DNA of 64,000 nt, taken from positions 704,001 to 768,000 of the forward strand of contig CAXXXD010000004.1 in the NCBI GenBank assembly GCA_963663385.2, read 5' to 3'. Position 1 is the stretch's first letter. Each line of letters starts with the position of its first letter. This stretch comes from Oceanispirochaeta sp. GTDB taxonomy: Bacteria > Spirochaetota > Spirochaetia > DSM-2461. Below the pieces are notes generated by a model that did no database searches, had not been told where the DNA came from, and was given only the letters and a program-made list of their open reading frames with translations. A program made the translations under genes and the position numbers. Positions 10,051-19,933 of this stretch are shown here, piece after piece.

Positions 10051-10085
10051 TTTCGAATGAAATCTTTAAAACAGTCATATGAAAA
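10051..10085. promoter_or_regulatory. Paired DeoR-type operator (site A)
   Basis: TTTCGAATGAAA and GTCATATGAAAA, cores 22 bp apart, just downstream of minus-strand TTGACA-17-CATACT. Confidence 0.6.
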
Positions 10086-10210
10086 TAGTATGCTGGTGTT
10101 TTTCCGGTTTGTCAATGAATTCTGTTTGCTGTTTGAACTGTACCAACAGCATGGGATTATATAGAATGGAAATCCATAGAGATAATCCGGAGAGGAAAAA
10201 GGGGCTTTTT

Positions 10211-11332
10211 ATGAATAAAATCGGAATAGCTATGGCAGGATTCGGGGCAATCGGACGGATACATCTATTGGCATACAGGGATATTCCCCATTTCTACCCG
10301 GGACAACTGCCCGGGATTCGTCTGTCAGGAGTGCTTCGTTCAACTAAAGAAGCATCAGACGCTACAGCCCGGGAGGCGGGATTTGAGAAGGGGTATGCTG
10401 ATTATCAGGAAATCCTGGATGATCCCGCTGTGGATGTGATTGATCTTGCCACACCTAATTATCTTCATAAGGAGCAGATTCTGCAGGCTTTGAGAGCCGG
10501 AAAGCATGTTCTTTGCGAAAAACCCCTTGCTCTCAACGGCGGTGAGTCGGTGGAAATACTGAAGGAGCTGGACCGATCGGACTGTCAGGTAGGGATGATA
10601 TACAATTACCGGTTTGTTCCTGCCATAATAAAAGCAAAGGAGCTGATCGGCCAGGGCCGTCTGGGAGAGATTTACACTTTCAGGGGGGAGTATTTTCATA
10701 CGGGCTATCAGAATCCTGCAAGACCCTTCAGCTGGCGGATGGATTTCAGCCGTTCCGGGGGAGGAGCTCTCGCCGATCTCGGAGTTCATGTGATAGATCT
10801 TCTGAATTATCTTCTGGGAGATTTTTCAACGGTCAGGGCGGAATTGGAAACGTATATCACGGAGAGACCTGCAGCAGGTGATTCAGGAAGAATGGATGCC
10901 GTTACAGTGGATGATGCCGCCTGGCTGCAATGTATGCTGAATGACGGAGGGAAGGGAACAATAGAAGTTTCCCGCTTTGCAACGGGAACTCTTGATGAGT
11001 TGAATCTGGCTGTCTACGGAAGCAGGGGCGCATTCCGGTTTAATCTGATGGATCCGGGTTACCTTTACTGGTTTGACGAAGAGAAGAAGGAGATGGGGTG
11101 GAACCGCCTTGAAACCCTGCAGCATTACGATGGAGCCGTTATTCCCAATCCCCGATCTGTTGTAGGATGGACGCGTTTTCATTTGGAGAATCAGTACCGT
11201 TTTCTGAAATCTCTTCGGGATAATACTGTTTTCCATCCCGGAGCCATAGACGGAGCACGGGCTCAATTTGTACTGGATGCTGCTTATAGAAGCGGGCAGA
11301 CAGGGCAAATCGAACCGGTCCGGCAGATCTAG
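10211..11332 (+). CDS. Gfo/Idh/MocA family oxidoreductase
   Basis: GFGAIG Rossmann, TPNYLH, GKHVLCEKP, WRMDFSRSGGGALADLGVHVID; ATG 10211. Confidence 0.93.
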   Translation: MNKIGIAMAGFGAIGRIHLLAYRDIPHFYPGQLPGIRLSGVLRSTKEASDATAREAGFEKGYADYQEILDDPAVDVIDLATPNYLHKEQILQALRAGKHVLCEKPLALNGGESVEILKELDRSDCQVGMIYNYRFVPAIIKAKELIGQGRLGEIYTFRGEYFHTGYQNPARPFSWRMDFSRSGGGALADLGVHVIDLLNYLLGDFSTVRAELETYITERPAAGDSGRMDAVTVDDAAWLQCMLNDGGKGTIEVSRFATGTLDELNLAVYGSRGAFRFNLMDPGYLYWFDEEKKEMGWNRLETLQHYDGAVIPNPRSVVGWTRFHLENQYRFLKSLRDNTVFHPGAIDGARAQFVLDAAYRSGQTGQIEPVRQI

Positions 11333-11628
11333 TCAGTAAGATAATCGAAAACCAGAACATCCTTTAACAGCGGTCCGGCAAATTCGCTGAACACCACATG
11401 ATGAGGGTGTGTCAGGTAGCTGTCCCGTTCCTTCTCACCGGCGAAACTCACCACATAGGCATCTGTAAATCCATGGTGTCTGTTTTCCACGCTTACATCT
11501 TTTCCCGATTCAAATGAAAGAATTTCTGGAATCAGAGACGGTAATGTACTAAATTTTTCATGAAGGGCGGTTAACTGTTCATCACTGGCCTCCTTTTTAT
11601 ATGAAAATAGAACTATATGTTTAACCAT
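11329..11628 (-). CDS. Dabb (stress-responsive A/B barrel) protein
   Basis: MVKHIVLF, GFTDAYVVSF, YLTHPHH, DVLVFDY. Confidence 0.88.
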   Translation of the reverse strand: MVKHIVLFSYKKEASDEQLTALHEKFSTLPSLIPEILSFESGKDVSVENRHHGFTDAYVVSFAGEKERDSYLTHPHHVVFSEFAGPLLKDVLVFDYLTD

Positions 11629-11702
11629 TTAAAACTCCTTTTGACTGACATGGGTTGGTATTCTAATGCAAACGCATATGTTTGTATATTGCAGATATAA
11701 GT

Positions 11703-11751
11703 CTTCATATGAAAAAAATATCTTTACATATGAAAACGCGGGTGTTAGAAT
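11703..11751 (+). promoter_or_regulatory. Paired DeoR-type operator (site B) overlapping the sigma-70 promoter of ABC operon 1
   Basis: CATATGAAAA cores at 11706 and 11727 (21 bp apart); TTTACA-17-TAGAAT promoter at 11723-11751. Confidence 0.7.
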
Positions 11752-11805
11752 TATTATAAATTATGATCATTTATCCACAGATGATGTGAGATAAAGGGAG
11801 GAAAA

Positions 11806-13092
11806 ATGAAGAAAGTATCAATCAGTCTGATCGCACTGTTGCTGATGTCAGCTATGGCACTGTTTGCGGGGGGGCAGAAAGAGCAGGGAGCCGCTGAGGA
11901 AGCTGTTGATGGAAACAATGTGGAAGTTCTGCACTGGTGGACATCCGGTGGTGAGGCGGCTGCGCTGAATGTACTGAAAGAGGATCTTGAAAAGAAGGGT
12001 ATTACCTGGACCGATTCCCCTGTGGCAGGGGGAGGCGGAGATCAGGCTATGACTGTTCTTCGTTCCAGAGCAACAGCCGGGAACCCCCCTGTAGCTGTAC
12101 AGATGCTCGGTTTTGATATTATTGACTGGGCTGAACTTGGATTCCTGGCCAATCTGAACGATGTCGCCCGTGATGAAAACTGGGATTCGGTTGTTCCCGA
12201 AGCACTGAAGTTTTTCTCAAAACAGGACGGTGTATGGGTTGCGGCTCCTGTAAATGTTCACTCAACCAACTGGGTCTGGGCCAATAAAGAGATTATGGAC
12301 GGCCTCGGAATTGCCGAACCCAAAACATGGGACGAATTTATCGCGGCCATGGAAAAAGTCAAGGCTTCCGGTAAAATCGCTCTGGCACACGGCGGACAGG
12401 CATGGCAGGATGCAACCATGTTTGACAGCTGTGTAATTGCGGCAGGCGGACCTGAATTCTACAAGAAAACCATGATCGATCTGGATGATGCAGCTCTTCG
12501 GTCTGCAACAATGGCTGATGCGTTTAACAAAATGGCCCAGCTGAGAAGCTTTGTGGATGACAACTTTTCCGGCAGAGACTGGAACCTGGCTTCTGCCATG
12601 GTTATTGAAGGACAGGCCTGTTTCCAGATGATGGGTGACTGGGCCAAGGGTGAGTTTAAAAACGCCGGTCTGGAACCTGGAAAGGATTTTTACTTTTTCA
12701 GAACCCCCGGAACAGAAGGAACCGTCACCTTCAATTCCGATCAGTTTGTTATGTTTGATGTAGATGATGTCTATAAGGATGCCCAGAAAGAACTGGCCAA
12801 AGCCATTATGACTCCCAGTTTCCAGATTGCCTTCAACCTGGTTAAGGGATCTGTTCCTGCCAGAACCGATATCTCCGATGCCGAGTTTGATGCAGCCGGT
12901 AAAAAAGGTATGAAAGATCTGGCGGAAGCTGCCCAAAACGGTACCCTTTTCGGTTCCATGGGTCATGGACATGCTGTTCCTGCCGGAATCAAACAGGCCA
13001 TGTATGATGTTGTGACTTCTCACTTCAATGGTGTTTATGACGGTCAACAGGCTGCCAATGATCTGGCTGATGCTGTTGCAGCTGCCAAATAA
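11806..13092 (+). CDS. Sugar ABC transporter substrate-binding protein (CUT1, glucose/mannose GtsA-like)
   Basis: [47 protein letters not shown]. Confidence 0.93.
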   Translation: MKKVSISLIALLLMSAMALFAGGQKEQGAAEEAVDGNNVEVLHWWTSGGEAAALNVLKEDLEKKGITWTDSPVAGGGGDQAMTVLRSRATAGNPPVAVQMLGFDIIDWAELGFLANLNDVARDENWDSVVPEALKFFSKQDGVWVAAPVNVHSTNWVWANKEIMDGLGIAEPKTWDEFIAAMEKVKASGKIALAHGGQAWQDATMFDSCVIAAGGPEFYKKTMIDLDDAALRSATMADAFNKMAQLRSFVDDNFSGRDWNLASAMVIEGQACFQMMGDWAKGEFKNAGLEPGKDFYFFRTPGTEGTVTFNSDQFVMFDVDDVYKDAQKELAKAIMTPSFQIAFNLVKGSVPARTDISDAEFDAAGKKGMKDLAEAAQNGTLFGSMGHGHAVPAGIKQAMYDVVTSHFNGVYDGQQAANDLADAVAAAK

Positions 13093-13113
13093 GAAATAAG
13101 TCGAATTACAATC

Positions 13114-13143
13114 AAGCTGCCCGTATAATAATGCGGGCAGCTT
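13114..13143 (+). terminator. Intergenic stem-loop after the SBP gene
   Basis: AAGCTGCCCGTAT-AATA-ATGCGGGCAGCTT. Confidence 0.7.
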
Positions 13144-13174
13144 TAACTGACTGTTTTCCAAAGGATTAAAATCT

Positions 13175-14059
13175 ATGACTCTAAACAGCAAATGGCGTTT
13201 TACCAAGGATGATCTTACAGCCAGGTTCGTACTTCTGCCGACCCTCATTCTGACATTCGTTTTTGTTTACGCCTTTATTATCTTTACCATTTATATTTCA
13301 TTTACCAATTCCAGATTAATGCCCTCCTATGAATGGGTGGGGATACAGAACTATGTAAAAATGTTTAAGCTTGCACACTGGCATACAGCATTGAAGAACT
13401 TTGCCATCTTCAGTGTTCTCTATATATCCATTTCAACTTTACTTGGTCTGTTTCTGGCGATTCTTGTAGACTGGAGCAAGCTGGGAGAAAGAGTCTTCCG
13501 GCCTATCTATCTCTATCCTATGGCAATCTCCTTTATTGTTACCGGTACAGCCTGGAAATGGTTTCTCGACCCCGGTATCGGACTGGAACAGATTATGCAT
13601 GCCTGGGGATTCGCCAATTTTAAATTCAACTGGATAAAGGATTCGAATTTTGCCATTTATACCATAGTCATTGCCGCAGTCTGGCAGGTAACCGGATATG
13701 TTATGACCATGTTTCTGGCGGGGCTTCGTGCAGTCAATCATGCGACTATCGAATCGGCCGTTGTAGACGGGGCAGGGGCATGGAAACTATATACCAGAAT
13801 CATTATCCCCCAGCTGGGACCGTCATTTACATCTGTTTTTGTTATATTGGGACATATGGCGATCAAGTCGTACGACCTGGTTATTGCACTGACAAACGGC
13901 GGCCCGGGACGGGCAACCGAACTGCCTTCCACCTTTATGTACTCCTACACTTTTACCAGGAATCAGATGGGAGTCGGAGCCAGTTCCGCTGTATTTATGC
14001 TGGTATTATTTGCCATCATCATCATCCCCTATATCAAAAGTATTGTGAAGGATCGTTAA
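13175..14059 (+). CDS. Sugar ABC permease (CUT1)
   Basis: Hydrophobic; EAA-like loop ESAVVDGA; TNGGPG. Confidence 0.93.
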   Translation: MTLNSKWRFTKDDLTARFVLLPTLILTFVFVYAFIIFTIYISFTNSRLMPSYEWVGIQNYVKMFKLAHWHTALKNFAIFSVLYISISTLLGLFLAILVDWSKLGERVFRPIYLYPMAISFIVTGTAWKWFLDPGIGLEQIMHAWGFANFKFNWIKDSNFAIYTIVIAAVWQVTGYVMTMFLAGLRAVNHATIESAVVDGAGAWKLYTRIIIPQLGPSFTSVFVILGHMAIKSYDLVIALTNGGPGRATELPSTFMYSYTFTRNQMGVGASSAVFMLVLFAIIIIPYIKSIVKDR

Positions 14060-14062
14060 GGT

Positions 14063-14935
14063 ATGACTATAAAAGATACAATGCGTATGCATAAAGCGGC
14101 GGGGTATGTCATCTACTTTTTAATGATAATCTTTGCCATATTTTTTCTGACGCCCCTGTATGTCATGGTCGTCAATTCATTTAAACCTCTTGAAGAGATC
14201 CGGGGAGGGAACATGCTGGCTCTTCCCCAGGCTTTTCAGCTCATCCCCTGGGGAACGGCCTGGTCCAAGGCTCAGATAGGTGTACAGGCTACCGGTCTCA
14301 GGCCCTATTTTCTGAATTCCATCAAAATGGTAATCCCTGCGGTATTCATGTCTACGCTGATGGGGTCTCTGGGCGGATTTGTTTTGTCCAAGTGGCAGTA
14401 TCCGGGGGATAAGCTCCTCTTCGGTCTGATCCTTTTCGGCTGCTTTATCCCTTTCCAGATTGTGCTTATTCCCACCGCCCGCGTGCTGGGCAGTATGCAC
14501 CTTGCCGGCACAACCAGCGGCCTGGTTCTGGTTCATACGGTCTACGGGCTGGGGTTTACCACCCTGTTTTTCAAGAATACCTACGACAGTTTCCCGGCGG
14601 AACTGGTTCAGTCCGCCCAGGTGGACGGGGCCCATTTCTTCAAGATTTTCAGGGATATTATCCTTCCCAATTCCACTCCGATTATCGTTGTATCCGTTAT
14701 CTGGCAGACAACCAATATCTGGAATGACTTTCTGTTCGGAGTATCCTTCGGGGATGCCACATCCCAGCCCATGACGGTTGCCCTGAACAATCTGGTCAGT
14801 TCTTCCACGGGTGTGAAAGAGTACAATGTCCATTTTGCGGGCGCTCTTATGGCAGCCCTGCCTACTCTTACCATCTATATGGTATCGGGGCGTTACTTTG
14901 TCCGCGGGCTGATGTCCGGATCAGTTAAGGGGTAG
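14063..14935 (+). CDS. Sugar ABC permease (CUT1)
   Basis: ELVQSAQVDGA loop, WNDFLFG. Confidence 0.93.
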   Translation: MTIKDTMRMHKAAGYVIYFLMIIFAIFFLTPLYVMVVNSFKPLEEIRGGNMLALPQAFQLIPWGTAWSKAQIGVQATGLRPYFLNSIKMVIPAVFMSTLMGSLGGFVLSKWQYPGDKLLFGLILFGCFIPFQIVLIPTARVLGSMHLAGTTSGLVLVHTVYGLGFTTLFFKNTYDSFPAELVQSAQVDGAHFFKIFRDIILPNSTPIIVVSVIWQTTNIWNDFLFGVSFGDATSQPMTVALNNLVSSSTGVKEYNVHFAGALMAALPTLTIYMVSGRYFVRGLMSGSVKG

Positions 14936-14939
14936 TGAA

Positions 14940-14978
14940 CCCTCTCCCCCGGCCCCTCTCCCAGAGGGTGAGGGGAGA
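14940..14978. repeat. BoxC/REP-like intergenic element
   Basis: CCCTCTCCCCCGGCCCCTCTCCCAGAGGGTGAGGGGAGA: pyrimidine tail plus GC hairpin resembling enterobacterial BoxC. Confidence 0.5.
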
Positions 14979-15041
14979 CATGATTTGTAACTGAAATTAT
15001 TACGAACTTTTTGCTATTTGATAAATAGGAGTATGGATTTA

Positions 15042-16007
15042 ATGTCAGAAAAATTAATATGCGGTGTGGATCTGGGCGGCACCAAACTGTCGGCGGCTCT
15101 GTTTAAACAGGACGGCTCTCTTGTGGGAAAAGAGACTGTCTACGATCATAGCGATAAAGAGTGGGATGATATCGTCCGGATAATCGCCGGTCTGTTAACC
15201 CGCCTGTTTGAGTCCTGCTCGGTGAAAAAGAGGAACGTTCTGGGAATCGGTGTTGCCCTGGCCGGGCATATCCATTTTAAAAAGGGAATGATTGTCACGG
15301 TCAGCAATTTTGCCCATAACATTTACAATTACCCCTTTGTGGATAAACTGTCTGCCCTGTTTCCCGGAGTCAGGATTATCCTGGATAATGATGCCAATGC
15401 CCAGGCTTACGGAGAGTACAAGTTCGGGGCGGGAAGGGGCTATCAGGACCTGGTTTTTGTAACGGTCAGCACCGGAATAGGCGGCGGGATTGTTCTGAAC
15501 GGAAAGATGCTCCGTGGAAAGGTGGGAACCGCCGGAGAAGTCGGGCATTCCATTATCGATATCGATTCGGATGTCAAGTGTACCTGCGGGAATTACGGCT
15601 GCGCCATGGCACTGGCTTCAGGGCTGTTTTTTCCGGACCTCTACCGGATGCACCTGAAAAAAGGGATGAAAAGCACCATCGGTATAACAGAGGAGTCCGC
15701 AGGTGAAATGGACGGGAAAGCGATAGAAGACGGAATGAATGCCGGCGATCCCATCTGCCAGGCCATTGTGGACAATTCGGCTGATGTGGTTGGTTCGACT
15801 CTTTACAATATCTATAAAATGCTGGATCCCGAACTGGTTATCCTGGGGGGCGGCCTGATGTCCTTCGGAGACTACTATATAAACCGGATAAAAGAACGCT
15901 TTATGTCCCATACCCATGAGATGATGGCCGAGGAGATGGAAATCAAACTGGCCGAAACCGGACGGGATGCTGGGCTTCTGGGAGGCGCTGCTCTGGTTCT
16001 GGAGTGA
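15042..16007 (+). CDS. ROK family sugar kinase (paralog 1)
   Basis: GVDLGGTK, DNDANA, VSTGIGGG, AGEVGH, CTCGNYGC; no HTH; exact start uncertain (15033 or 15042). Confidence 0.92.
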   Translation: MSEKLICGVDLGGTKLSAALFKQDGSLVGKETVYDHSDKEWDDIVRIIAGLLTRLFESCSVKKRNVLGIGVALAGHIHFKKGMIVTVSNFAHNIYNYPFVDKLSALFPGVRIILDNDANAQAYGEYKFGAGRGYQDLVFVTVSTGIGGGIVLNGKMLRGKVGTAGEVGHSIIDIDSDVKCTCGNYGCAMALASGLFFPDLYRMHLKKGMKSTIGITEESAGEMDGKAIEDGMNAGDPICQAIVDNSADVVGSTLYNIYKMLDPELVILGGGLMSFGDYYINRIKERFMSHTHEMMAEEMEIKLAETGRDAGLLGGAALVLE

Positions 16008-16044
16008 TCCCTTTTCAAATAAATCATTACAGATTTACATTCTG

Positions 16045-16077
16045 ACCGCTGCTTCTGTGAAAGCGGCGGTTTTTTTT
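16045..16077 (+). terminator. Rho-independent terminator
   Basis: ACCGCTGCTT-CTGTGA-AAGCGGCGGT followed by a T run. Confidence 0.8.
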
Positions 16078-17102
16078 CAGTTTAAGTCCCTGATACTTTC
16101 CCGTTCAATCAGCTTGCCTCCGAAAACCACCTTGGCAGGAGGGGAATCGGCATCTTCAAGAATCCGGTCGGTAAGAAGCTGGACAGCCATTCTTCCCATA
16201 CGGTGTTTGCTTACCTCGATGGTTGTCATTCCCGGGGTGCTCATGGATGTTATGGGAAGATTGTCAAAACCGCAGAGGGATATATCGCCGGGGACATTGT
16301 AACCGGTCTCGGTAAGGGCTTTTAGGCAGCCGCAGGCAATAATATCATTGGCACAGAAAAAAGCCGTAGGGAGAATATCATTCTTGCTGAGTTTTTCCAT
16401 CATATCCGTATAGGCCCCGTTAAACGTTGAATCTACGGAAAAGGAAAGATCCTTCTGGTAGGGGATTTCCAGGCGATTGAGGCTCTCCCTGAAAGCCGCC
16501 TCCCTTATCCTGAAATTGGGAGTGGGGTGGATACTGCTTATCATGCCTATCTCTCTGTGTCCCTTTCGGGCAAAATTATTAATAATCTGCCACACCGAAT
16601 CTTCGTTATTCATGTCGATAAAATCAAACCGCAGGTATTTATAGAAGCTGTCCAGAAATACAATAGGTTTTTCGATAACCGAGAAAGCCTCCACATCCTG
16701 GTAACTCAATTCCGTTCCCAGGATAATTACACCTGAATCATCGCTCTTCTGAACATAATCAACAATTTCCTCTATGGGCGTTGTTTTGTAAGTAACCAGT
16801 TTCAGACTGAAGTTTTCATTTTTGGCCTCTTTGCTCATTCCCCGGATATAATCCGCAATAAAGACATCATGATCCCTGTTTAGAATATGACCGTGTCTGG
16901 CAATCTGAAGAAAGCAGATCGAACCGGTTTCATCGTTTGCATTCTGTCTGGTGGAAGGACCTTTGTACTCAAATTCTCTGATGATGGATTGAATACGATC
17001 TCTTGTTTCCTGTCCAACTCCCGGCTTGTTGTTTATAACCAATGAGACTGTAGCGGGAGAAACGCCGGCTTCCTCTGCAATATCCTTAATTCTTACACCC
17101 AT
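16077..17102 (-). CDS. LacI family regulator
   Basis: IKDIAEEAGVSPATVSLVIN, PTAFFCANDIIA, DISLCGFDN. Confidence 0.95.
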   Translation of the reverse strand: MGVRIKDIAEEAGVSPATVSLVINNKPGVGQETRDRIQSIIREFEYKGPSTRQNANDETGSICFLQIARHGHILNRDHDVFIADYIRGMSKEAKNENFSLKLVTYKTTPIEEIVDYVQKSDDSGVIILGTELSYQDVEAFSVIEKPIVFLDSFYKYLRFDFIDMNNEDSVWQIINNFARKGHREIGMISSIHPTPNFRIREAAFRESLNRLEIPYQKDLSFSVDSTFNGAYTDMMEKLSKNDILPTAFFCANDIIACGCLKALTETGYNVPGDISLCGFDNLPITSMSTPGMTTIEVSKHRMGRMAVQLLTDRILEDADSPPAKVVFGGKLIERESIRDLN

Positions 17103-17142
17103 AAGGTTACTTTATATGTGTTTTGAGAATATGGCAAGAAAA

Positions 17143-17296
17143 ACTAAAATTTAATTAAAAACAACTAAAATAATAGTTGTTTGCTATTCTGCATGTAGCG
17201 AAAATGGTGATCCATGTTGGCTTTAATACAGTAAAAATGGTTTATCAACTAAAAATTACTAAAATAAATTGACAGATATTTAATTGATGTTACAAT
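17143..17296. promoter_or_regulatory. Operator repeats and promoter of the LacI-controlled cassette
   Basis: ACTAAAA at 17143, 17164, 17248, 17258; inverted repeat ACAACTA-N6-TAGTTGT at 17161-17180; TTGACA-16-TACAAT at 17269-17296. Confidence 0.55.
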
Positions 17297-17329
17297 TGGT
17301 TTATATCCACAAGTTAAAGGAGTTTTGAT

Positions 17330-18355
17330 ATGAGTTGGAAAAAGGGTATTCTTCTGCTTCTGGCAGCCCTGATGTCATTTTCTACAGTTTTTGCCGGCGG
17401 TCAGTCTGAAGCCGCAGGTCCCAAGCCTGAATCCGAATGGAAAATCGCACTTGTTCCCAAAGACAGTACAAATGCATGGTTTGTAAGAATGGAAGTCGGT
17501 GTCCGGGAGTTTGCCAAGGACAGCGGATTGAACGCATTTCAGAAAGGACCCGCAAAAACCGATGCGGCCATGCAGGTTCAGGTTATTCAGGACCTTATTG
17601 CTCAAGGTGTTGATGCCCTTTGCATTGTTCCTGTCGACCCTGCCGCTCTGGAACCTGTTCTGGCAGAAGCCCTGGATAAAGGAATCGTTGTAGTCACCCA
17701 CGAAGCATCCTTTCAGGAAAATACAATGTATGATATCGAAGCATTTAACAATGCTGATTACGGTGCTTTTATTATGGATAACCTGGCAAAAGCTATGGGA
17801 GAAGAGGGTGTTTATACAACTATGGTTGGACATGTAACCAACGCTTCCCATAACGAATGGGCTGACGGCGGTGTTGCCCATCAGGCCAAGGCGTACCCCG
17901 GCCTTACCCTTCTGGCGGAAGAACCCAGAGTCGAATCTGAGGATAACATGGAAAGGGCCTATGAAAAAGCCAAGGAACTATTCAAAAAATACCCCAATCT
18001 GAAAGGTATTATGGGAACGTCCTCCAAAGACGCACCCGGTGTTTCCAGAGCCATTGAAGAACTTGGTCTGAAAGATAAAGTATTTGTAGCGGGTACCGGT
18101 CTTGTTTCCGAATGCGGACCTTTCCTGGAAAGCGGAATCCTGCAGTATATTACTCTCTGGGATCCCAAGGATGCCGGTTATGCCATGTGTTCACTGGCTG
18201 CCAAAATTCTGAGAGGCGAAGAGATCGGAAACGGTCTGGATCTGGGGCTCAAAGGTTATGACAACATGCAGTTTGCACCCGGCTCGGATAAAGTGCTGAT
18301 CGGCTCCGGATGGATTGTTATGGATAAGAACAATATGCTTGACTATAACTTCTAA
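17330..18355 (+). CDS. Sugar ABC substrate-binding protein (LsrB/rhamnose-like CUT2)
   Basis: IALVPK...WFVRMEVG, DAAMQVQVIQDLIAQGVDA, LWDPKDAG. Confidence 0.9.
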   Translation: MSWKKGILLLLAALMSFSTVFAGGQSEAAGPKPESEWKIALVPKDSTNAWFVRMEVGVREFAKDSGLNAFQKGPAKTDAAMQVQVIQDLIAQGVDALCIVPVDPAALEPVLAEALDKGIVVVTHEASFQENTMYDIEAFNNADYGAFIMDNLAKAMGEEGVYTTMVGHVTNASHNEWADGGVAHQAKAYPGLTLLAEEPRVESEDNMERAYEKAKELFKKYPNLKGIMGTSSKDAPGVSRAIEELGLKDKVFVAGTGLVSECGPFLESGILQYITLWDPKDAGYAMCSLAAKILRGEEIGNGLDLGLKGYDNMQFAPGSDKVLIGSGWIVMDKNNMLDYNF

Positions 18356-18370
18356 TTACCCGGTTTGAGG

Positions 18371-18402
18371 AAGGGCTACCTCTGAATGGGGTAGCCCTTT
18401 TT
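18371..18402 (+). terminator. Stem-loop or terminator after the SBP gene
   Basis: AAGGGCTACC...GGTAGCCCTT followed by TTT. Confidence 0.7.
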
Positions 18403-18424
18403 ATAGGAAAAGGAGTTAGTCCCT

Positions 18425-19933
18425 ATGTCTGAATATATTTTACAAGTTGATAATATAAAGAAGTCCTTCGGTGGCGTTCAAGCGCTCAAAGGTGTTTCTC
18501 TGTCTATTAAAAAGGGCGAGATTCACTCTCTCGCCGGAGAAAACGGGTGTGGAAAATCTACACTGATAAAAGTTATATCAGGTTTCTATGAAGCCGATGA
18601 AGGTTCCCTTACTCTGGATGGGGAGACGTATGACAAAATCTCCCCCATGGAAGCCATTCATAAAGGGATTCAGGTTATCTACCAGGATTTCTCCGTCTTC
18701 CCGAATCTGACGGTAATGGAAAATCTGGCTTTTAATATGGAACTGATGAACCGTCGTAAATTTGTTAATCAAAGACGGATGAGAAAAATTGCTGAAACGG
18801 CTCTGTCTCGAATCGATTTCAAGGTTGATCTTGATGAACGGGTAGAGAATCTTCCCGTTGCGGATAAACAACTGATTGCTATCAGCCGCGCCCTTCTCTA
18901 TGATGCCAGGCTGATTATAATGGATGAGCCGACTACTGCTCTGACCAAAAAAGAAGTGAAAGCCCTGTTTGAAGTTATAAAAAGCCTTCAGGCCCAGGGG
19001 ATCGCCATTCTGTTTGTCTCTCATAAACTGGATGAAGTATTTGAAATCTCGGAAGGATACACCATTCTCCGGAATGGTGAAAATATAATCAGCGGTGAAA
19101 CAGCCGAGCTTACGGATAGTAAGTTTGCCTATTATATGACAGGCCGTGAGTTTAAGGAGGCTTCTTTTACACCTCCGTCAATCGGTAAAACACCCATTGT
19201 CCAGACTGAAAATCTCAGCCTGAACGGAGCCTATAAGGACGTCTGCTTTGATTTGAAGCCGGGAGAGATCCTGGGGATAACAGGACTTCTGGGATCCGGA
19301 CGGACCGAACTGGTGCAAACCCTGTTCGGTTTGAGTACGCCGGATTCGGGTACCATAAAAATGGAAGGGAAGGCCGTTCAGTTTAACAATGTGAAAGATG
19401 CGGTTGCCAAAGGCATTGGTTATGTTCCGGAAGACCGCCTGACAGAGGGGCTTTTTCTTCCCCAGTCCATCAGCCTTAATACAATCGTTGCCAAAATGGA
19501 CAAACTTTCCGGTAGTTCCGGGTTTCTTGATCAGGAACGGATCGATGGAGAAGTCAAGGGCTGGATAAAGGATCTGGCAATTGCTGCCAGTGATTCGGAA
19601 CAGCCTGTTCAGACTCTGTCCGGAGGAAACCAGCAGAAGGTTGTTCTGGCCCGCTGGCTGGCTAACGATTTGAAAGTTCTTATATTAAACGGTCCGACAG
19701 TCGGTGTCGACATCGGGTCGAAATACGATATCCACTCTCTGCTTCGAGAGCTGGCCGGTAAAGGAATGGGGATTATTGTTATTTCCGATGACCTTCCTGA
19801 AATCATGGCCACATGCAACCGCATCCTTGTTATGAGGGACGGCAGCTTTGTTGAAGAGCTGGATCCTTCCTCAACAACGGAGGAGCATCTGAGCAATGTT
19901 ATTACGGGAGATCTGGAGGGAGCATCCATATGA
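18425..19933 (+). CDS. Sugar ABC ATP-binding protein (two NBDs)
   Basis: GENGCGKST, MDEPT, SHKLDE, LSGGNQQKV. Confidence 0.95.
   Translation: MSEYILQVDNIKKSFGGVQALKGVSLSIKKGEIHSLAGENGCGKSTLIKVISGFYEADEGSLTLDGETYDKISPMEAIHKGIQVIYQDFSVFPNLTVMENLAFNMELMNRRKFVNQRRMRKIAETALSRIDFKVDLDERVENLPVADKQLIAISRALLYDARLIIMDEPTTALTKKEVKALFEVIKSLQAQGIAILFVSHKLDEVFEISEGYTILRNGENIISGETAELTDSKFAYYMTGREFKEASFTPPSIGKTPIVQTENLSLNGAYKDVCFDLKPGEILGITGLLGSGRTELVQTLFGLSTPDSGTIKMEGKAVQFNNVKDAVAKGIGYVPEDRLTEGLFLPQSISLNTIVAKMDKLSGSSGFLDQERIDGEVKGWIKDLAIAASDSEQPVQTLSGGNQQKVVLARWLANDLKVLILNGPTVGVDIGSKYDIHSLLRELAGKGMGIIVISDDLPEIMATCNRILVMRDGSFVEELDPSSTTEEHLSNVITGDLEGASI

Noticed and set aside
12262..13248. Long antisense ORFs (also 23774-24754, 52816-53667, 1767-2606 and others)
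   Set aside because: They lie opposite well-supported genes and have no motifs; this is expected from codon bias.
11806..14935. Missing ATPase as evidence of a broken transporter (also 61415-64000)
   Set aside because: CUT1 systems commonly share a MsmK/MalK-type ATPase encoded elsewhere.
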